A DNA stretch of 27,227 bases, taken from positions 1 to 27,227 of IMG/VR virus record IMGVR_UViG_3300032272_000057. The stretch is one strand, 5' to 3'. Below, in pieces: positions 22,345 through 27,227 of the stretch. The DNA comes from a virus (lineage: Duplodnaviria; Caudoviricetes). Under the pieces are notes generated by a model, which did no database searches, was not told the origin of the DNA, and saw only the letters and a program-made list of their open reading frames with translations. Within the stretch, counting starts at the first letter, position 1, and every line of letters begins with the position of its first letter. Position numbers and translations under genes: made by a program.

Positions 22345-23442
22345 ATGACAGTATCCAGCACAGAAAATAGAGAATCTTATGCCGGCAATGGTTCAACCAC
22401 TGCTTTCGCGTTCCCAAACAAGTTTCTTTTAGACGCCGATCTGAAGGTTGAACTGGTCGTTGATGCAACTGGCGTATCAACCATGCAGGTTCTTACGACC
22501 GATTACACCCTGGCCGGTGCGGGACTGGACGCAGGCGGTACTGTCACGATGCTGACACCCCCAGCTTCCGGTGAAACCCTCGTTGTTTATCGTGATCCGG
22601 CGTTGATCCAACCTACCGATTACGTTGAAAATGATCCGTTCCCAGCGGCAACCCACGAAACAGCCCTTGACAGATTGACTTTGTTTACGCAACGTTTGAT
22701 GGATTTGGCGGTTAGATCCTTCCGTCTCGCCGACGCAGATGATTCCGGTGCGAGCACGGACGTCCCTTCCCCGGAAGCCAACAAGGTTCTAGCTTGGAAT
22801 GCCGCAGGGGACGCTTTGGAAAACATAGGGGTGTCGAATCTTGCCGGTTACACTGTCACTCAACTAAACACCCCATCTAGCGTAGTGCAAAGAGACGCCC
22901 TTGGAGACTTCGCTGCAGGGGAAATCACCGCTGAGACGGGTTTCGTTGGTGATGTAACCGGCGATGTTACTGGTAATATTACAGGGAATCTGACAGGTAA
23001 TGTTACCGGGGATCTGACCGGCGATGTAACTGGTAATGCCGATACCGCAGACTCGGCCACTCTTGCGGCGACGGTGACTCCCCCCTCGGCGGCTCAAGTG
23101 ATAGCGGGTGTTGAGAATACGTTAGGATTGACTGCGGCGGCTTTCGTATCCGCAGGCCAGAGTTTAGCAACTCCCGGTTATGTAACACTCCCAGGTGGTT
23201 TTATATTGCAATGGGGCATCCAGAACATGACAGACAATGATGAGGATAATGTTACATTACCTATTGCGTATCCTACAGCTCATGTGGCGGCGTGGGCAAA
23301 CCCAACCGACCTAGTAAAGCAAGGGATTGCCAACTGGCTTCTCGCCGCCGCAAACCCCGTCAACCTTACTACAGTTAGGGTACAATACAACGGCAGCGCA
23401 ACAGACACACAAGACATCCAATGGTTCTCAATAGGATATTAA
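22345..23442 (+). CDS. Tail fibre protein
   Basis: T7 gp17-like N-terminal anchor (Y.GNG.T..F.F.....DL.V; E.ALDRL), G[DN]xT repeats, C-terminal GY..LPGG.ILQWG...V.LPIAYP domain. Confidence 0.88.
   Translation: MTVSSTENRESYAGNGSTTAFAFPNKFLLDADLKVELVVDATGVSTMQVLTTDYTLAGAGLDAGGTVTMLTPPASGETLVVYRDPALIQPTDYVENDPFPAATHETALDRLTLFTQRLMDLAVRSFRLADADDSGASTDVPSPEANKVLAWNAAGDALENIGVSNLAGYTVTQLNTPSSVVQRDALGDFAAGEITAETGFVGDVTGDVTGNITGNLTGNVTGDLTGDVTGNADTADSATLAATVTPPSAAQVIAGVENTLGLTAAAFVSAGQSLATPGYVTLPGGFILQWGIQNMTDNDEDNVTLPIAYPTAHVAAWANPTDLVKQGIANWLLAAANPVNLTTVRVQYNGSATDTQDIQWFSIGY
22948..23043 (+). repeat. Eight tandem 12-bp units encoding G[DN][VIL]T (last unit GNAD)
   Basis: GDVT GDVT GNIT GNLT GNVT GDLT GDVT GNAD. 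Confidence 0.9.
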
Positions 23443-23814
23443 TTGACACGATCTGACCAACAGTGGGAGTTTCTGCAGGACATCGCAAAGCTTATTATCT
23501 TCGCCAAGGAGAAAGGTTACAAGCTCACTGGCGGAGAGCTGAAGCGGCCAACGCAGATGCAAGCTTTATACGTCAGATCCGGTCGATCAAAGACGATGAC
23601 CAGCGATCACTTGATCTCGATGGCCATAGACTTCAACATCTTTTTCGACTACGATGAGGATGGTGATAAGGATTATATCGGCGCCATCTCGAAGCAGGAG
23701 GCGATGAGAGTATCCGAAGACTTATGCGAATACTGGAAGTCATTGAATCCAAACAACTATTCGGGCCGGGATTGGGGTTGGGACATTCCTCATTTTGCGA
23801 GGCATAGCGTTTGA
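23443..23814 (+). CDS. Endolysin, peptidase M15 family
   Basis: R....Q..Y...GRS.TM.S.H....A.D and D.PHF zinc-ligand motifs; TTG start is uncertain. Confidence 0.85.
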   Translation: MTRSDQQWEFLQDIAKLIIFAKEKGYKLTGGELKRPTQMQALYVRSGRSKTMTSDHLISMAIDFNIFFDYDEDGDKDYIGAISKQEAMRVSEDLCEYWKSLNPNNYSGRDWGWDIPHFARHSV

Positions 23815-24317
23815 GTGGCGCTGCTCTTAAAAGATGTAGGTTGTGCGAAGAGGAAAAGCCGGCAACTGATAAGTATTTTCATAAACATAACAGCACAAAA
23901 GATAGGCTTCGCCACGTATGTAAACCATGTAGAAAGAAAGAGACATACTCAATTGACTACCATTATAAAAATAGGGAAGCAGTCCTCGCAAGAATGAAAG
24001 TGTACGCCCAGAGGCCCCTACCAAGAGCGAGAAAGTTTGTCAGAGATTACACAAGGATTGATATTAAAAAAGGGCAAACGTGCGATTTAACTGTTGAATT
24101 TATGCTGGAGGTATTTAAGCAAGCATGTGTGTACTGCGGAGATACAGATCAGATAGGCTGCGACCGAATCGACAACGACTCGGGGCATACCAAATATAAT
24201 GTGGTGCCATGCTGCAGGGTTTGTAATATAGCAAGAAGCGATAACTTTACGCACGAAGAAATGAAAACAATTGGAGCGGCTATTGCGGAAGTCAAGAGCC
24301 GCAGAAAACAACTCTAG
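23811..24317 (+). CDS. HNH-type endonuclease with N-terminal zinc finger
   Basis: CRLC...CKPC, then CVYCG...G.DRIDN..GH...NVVPCC..CN; AT-richer than flanks. Confidence 0.85.
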   Translation: MSGAALKRCRLCEEEKPATDKYFHKHNSTKDRLRHVCKPCRKKETYSIDYHYKNREAVLARMKVYAQRPLPRARKFVRDYTRIDIKKGQTCDLTVEFMLEVFKQACVYCGDTDQIGCDRIDNDSGHTKYNVVPCCRVCNIARSDNFTHEEMKTIGAAIAEVKSRRKQL

Positions 24318-24338
24318 CATCATCAACCGGAGATAGCG

Positions 24339-24533
24339 ATGCAAAGACAAGTAAACGTAGCCCAGGAAATTGCTAAATCAACACCGCCGATCAGCGTAGC
24401 AGGCGCCCACATCTTCGGTGTGCATTTCAGCGATTGGGTACTGATAATGACCGGGGTTTACTTGGTGTTCCAGATCATCGTTATTTTACCGAAAGTTTAC
24501 AGAACAATAATCACAAGGCGTAAGACGGAATAG
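24339..24533 (+). CDS. Holin (T7 gp17.5-like)
   Basis: PP.SV.G....G....DWV...T..Y...QI, basic C-terminus. Confidence 0.75.
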   Translation: MQRQVNVAQEIAKSTPPISVAGAHIFGVHFSDWVLIMTGVYLVFQIIVILPKVYRTIITRRKTE

Positions 24534-24542
24534 AGGCGACTT

Positions 24543-24926
24543 ATGGGAATCGATGCGATATTAGCACTTGGTGGTTTGATTATCCCGCCGGCTTTCGACT
24601 TCATTAAAAAGAAGTTTGTCAAAGGCGGCGACACTTCGCAAGCAACGGCGAACACCTTGGCCACGACAAAGCCTGAAGTTCTGCCAGAGTTCTTGAAAGC
24701 ATCGGCCGGCATTATTGAAGCAGATGTTAAGTGGTTCAACCGGGATGTCATTGGTATCCCTTCGCAATGGGTTGTCGATCTGAGAGCATGCATCCGGCCG
24801 ATGTCGGTTGTCATCGGGTTCGCCCTGTTGGCTCTTGATATGTCAAACACTTTAACTCTCGACCCGGGCACCCGTGGAAGCATTATTGTAAACAACTCAT
24901 CCTGGTTCGGATCTCGAATTAAGTAA
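24543..24926 (+). CDS. Membrane protein, 3TM/GTA-holin-like
   Basis: W...LRA.IRP + hydrophobic segment + WFGSR C-terminal motif. Confidence 0.6.
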   Translation: MGIDAILALGGLIIPPAFDFIKKKFVKGGDTSQATANTLATTKPEVLPEFLKASAGIIEADVKWFNRDVIGIPSQWVVDLRACIRPMSVVIGFALLALDMSNTLTLDPGTRGSIIVNNSSWFGSRIK

Positions 24927-24938
24927 TGGAGATTTAAT

Positions 24939-26603
24939 ATGGCAATGCTCGGTATAGGATTAGGCATACCCTGGAACAACGTGATCGGTGGGGCGGGTAG
25001 AGCCGTCGTAAGCTTTATCATCAACCTTCTCACAGCTTCCAACACCTCAACCACCGGCAGGACTGTCTGGGGCTATGATTCCGATGCCGTTATCGCAGAT
25101 GGCCAAACCCTCCTGACCGTACCCGCCCTTTATCCAGCAATCACAGGTGGCCGGTTGGCTACTACTGTTGCAGATGGGGCGAACTTGGGTAGTGAGGAAA
25201 TAACTAACGGAACCTTTGACACAAACATAACAGGGTGGACAGACATACTCGACGGTGTACCTAGTTGGGATGCGGGTCGGTTAAAACTGGCGCCAGTGAC
25301 TAATCTTGGTGGAGCATATCAAAGTTTCACCAGCGTTGTTGGTCAAGTTTATACTGTTTCGGCAGACTATGAAAGAGGGACAGCAGCGGCGGTTAGATTT
25401 TTGGCAGGGACAACATCTACCAACGGAAACTTACACGATAGCGGCGAATTAACAGATGCAAGTGGAACTTATACTTTCACAATCACAGCCACAACCACAC
25501 TGACATTTATCACGCCATTGATAACTTTGACTGGAACTGCTTGGTTTGATAATATATCAACGAAAGCTATCATCCCCGTCTGGTACGACACAGATGCAGA
25601 CGGAGCCAGCCTCGTAAATAGTCTGAGTGTGGCGAATGCGGGGACGAACAAGTGTGAGTGTGTTAAAGCGAATCCTACTGATACGACGGGGATAACGAAA
25701 ACGGGTGATGTTGCCAGCGTTCTTTCTGTTGTAGATGATTCTGCTGAGTTAGCACTAGCTGGACTTGATGAAGTTTGTAACGGCAATGTTTATAAATTAG
25801 ATAATACATCTGGCGTTGCTTTTGCTGCCGCAGACATCTCTGGTGTGACTGGTAACGCAAACGCTCATTTTGTCTCTGCTTACGTTAGGGCGGCAACAGG
25901 GACAGGTGGCATTAAAACAAACACAAGTGCTGAATTGCTTGCTATATCTGATAGTGGTTACGCCCGTTATGAATTAGCAATACCAGTACCTGGGACGACA
26001 GCTATTACTAGAATTTACGCAGACGCATCCTCGGTCGTTTACTTCATCCTCCCTCAACTAGAAGAGAACACAATCGCAACCCCTGTTATCATCGGTGCTG
26101 ATACGGCGGCTAGTGCCACCCGTGACGCAGATATTATAACCACCCCAACCCCCTCGGTTTTAACAGCGGCGAGTGGTGCGATTGAGATGGTGGTTGACCC
26201 TGCGGCAGCAATCTCGGCTACATCCTTTTTAATGGCAATTTATGTTGATGCGAGCAATTCAACTTATATTTATGCTTCAAGTTCTGGCGCTTCTTTAATA
26301 TTTGCGAAGCGTGTTGGTGGTGTGAATAATGAATTGACAGCCTTTTCATACACACCAACAGGCGGGACTCCGTTAAGATTCCAATTATATTGGGATTCTG
26401 TTTTGGGTAGAGGGTTAAGGGTGGCAGATGCTTCGGCAGATATTGCCGCTGTAGCATTCACAACAGATAGTGAAGTGGATGACACCCCGATAGGTTCAGA
26501 TATGTCTATCGGGCATCGTGCTGGCATACTTCTTTTCCAAGGTGAATACGCCAACAACGGATTGCCGATTTGCTACGCATCGAAGGAGGCCGCAGGATGG
26601 TAG
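24939..26603 (+). CDS. Head fibre / spike protein with carbohydrate-binding-like modules
   Basis: N-terminal MLGIGLGI motif; E.ITNGTFD...GW...FDNIS module; QLEE...TP.I......TR.AD module; Thr/Ala/Gly-rich. Confidence 0.7.
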   Translation: MAMLGIGLGIPWNNVIGGAGRAVVSFIINLLTASNTSTTGRTVWGYDSDAVIADGQTLLTVPALYPAITGGRLATTVADGANLGSEEITNGTFDTNITGWTDILDGVPSWDAGRLKLAPVTNLGGAYQSFTSVVGQVYTVSADYERGTAAAVRFLAGTTSTNGNLHDSGELTDASGTYTFTITATTTLTFITPLITLTGTAWFDNISTKAIIPVWYDTDADGASLVNSLSVANAGTNKCECVKANPTDTTGITKTGDVASVLSVVDDSAELALAGLDEVCNGNVYKLDNTSGVAFAAADISGVTGNANAHFVSAYVRAATGTGGIKTNTSAELLAISDSGYARYELAIPVPGTTAITRIYADASSVVYFILPQLEENTIATPVIIGADTAASATRDADIITTPTPSVLTAASGAIEMVVDPAAAISATSFLMAIYVDASNSTYIYASSSGASLIFAKRVGGVNNELTAFSYTPTGGTPLRFQLYWDSVLGRGLRVADASADIAAVAFTTDSEVDDTPIGSDMSIGHRAGILLFQGEYANNGLPICYASKEAAGW

Positions 26604-26971
26604 ACGTTATCCTGAAAATCAAAACCTCGCTTCCTGAAACTGCCGCTGAGTGCCTCGCTATTTTCGGAGAGGGTGGCTATCAACTTAGTGAAGGCGAAAC
26701 GATTGAGGACGTGAAAGTTGAAAACTGGATTGGCCACGTAAACACTCCACTATTGCAAGGTTACACCCGTGTTCGGATAGGTGAATACTTCGGACAGGCT
26801 CTTGAGTTCATCGACGCAAACGGTGGAAGTGTGAACGCTGATTTAATTCGGGTAGAGTGGCCGCTAGGTGAAGACGACGAACCATACCCTCCTTTCGAGG
26901 TTGAGGTTGACGCATACGACATTGACGGGAAAGTAATCGGCAAGAGTATGCAGGAAATAGGTTCGTTCTAA
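26597..26971 (+). CDS. Acidic hypothetical protein (124 aa)
   Basis: AAGGAGG at 26583-26589 favours ATG 26597; overlaps the fibre stop. Confidence 0.7.
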   Translation: MVDVILKIKTSLPETAAECLAIFGEGGYQLSEGETIEDVKVENWIGHVNTPLLQGYTRVRIGEYFGQALEFIDANGGSVNADLIRVEWPLGEDDEPYPPFEVEVDAYDIDGKVIGKSMQEIGSF

Positions 26972-27227
26972 TGCGGCTGTTAATCGCAATCGTGCTGTTA
27001 ATATGTATCTCAGCACCAGCGTACGCAGAAGACACCTGGACGGGCATTGATAAGAAGATGCACTTTGCTGGCGGCACATTCTTGGGTGTGGTTGGATTTG
27101 CATACACGGACATTACAAGGCCACTCGCTCCCAGATCGGAAAAGTTCTGGGAAGGGTTCACTCTTGCCGCTAGTGCCGGTCTGATAAAAGAACTCTATGA
27201 CGGGTCGAAAGACGACAACCACTTCTG
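26971..27227 (+). CDS. YfiM/DUF2279-like exported or membrane protein (truncated by window end)
   Basis: TAATG overlap; signal peptide MRLLIAIVLLICISAPAYA, then D.WTG.DK..HF and G..KE.YD motifs; no stop before the end. Confidence 0.7.
   Translation, partial: MRLLIAIVLLICISAPAYAEDTWTGIDKKMHFAGGTFLGVVGFAYTDITRPLAPRSEKFWEGFTLAASAGLIKELYDGSKDDNHF

Noticed and set aside
22345-26603. Diversity-generating retroelement, considered because the virion module is BPP-1-like
   Set aside because: No reverse transcriptase and no TR/VR repeat pair seen in the fibre genes within this window.

Overview
This window is a segment of a tailed dsDNA phage (or prophage) with a T7/BPP-1-like podovirus virion module. 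Bases 1-1600 hold small rightward accessory ORFs. Bases 1670-4120 hold two paralogous HTH genes, an AT-rich non-coding block and a leftward early-type operon. From 4254 onward the order is terS, a metallophosphoesterase, terL, head-spike base, portal, scaffold, major capsid, tail tube A/B, three internal (ejection) virion proteins, tail fibre, M15 endolysin, HNH endonuclease, holins, a head fibre and a truncated YfiM-like gene. No integrase, replication gene, rRNA, tRNA or CRISPR array is visible. The most notable feature lies inside the 1388-aa ejection-protein gene. Directly after an ADP-ribosyltransferase-like domain there is a complete nested expression unit: a sigma70-type promoter, a palindromic operator, an AAGGAGG ribosome-binding site and a 53-aa ORF in the +1 frame. 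The same operator (TGTTGYA-N5-TRCAAC) overlaps two other promoters, at 4169 and 4970. Other points of interest are a ~60-nt antisense sRNA candidate with anti-SD sequences, a GTA-type head-spike base/fibre pair whose genes lie 16.6 kb apart, and a repeated structured leader before the capsid gene. All family assignments are by motif recognition and gene order; no database searches were run.
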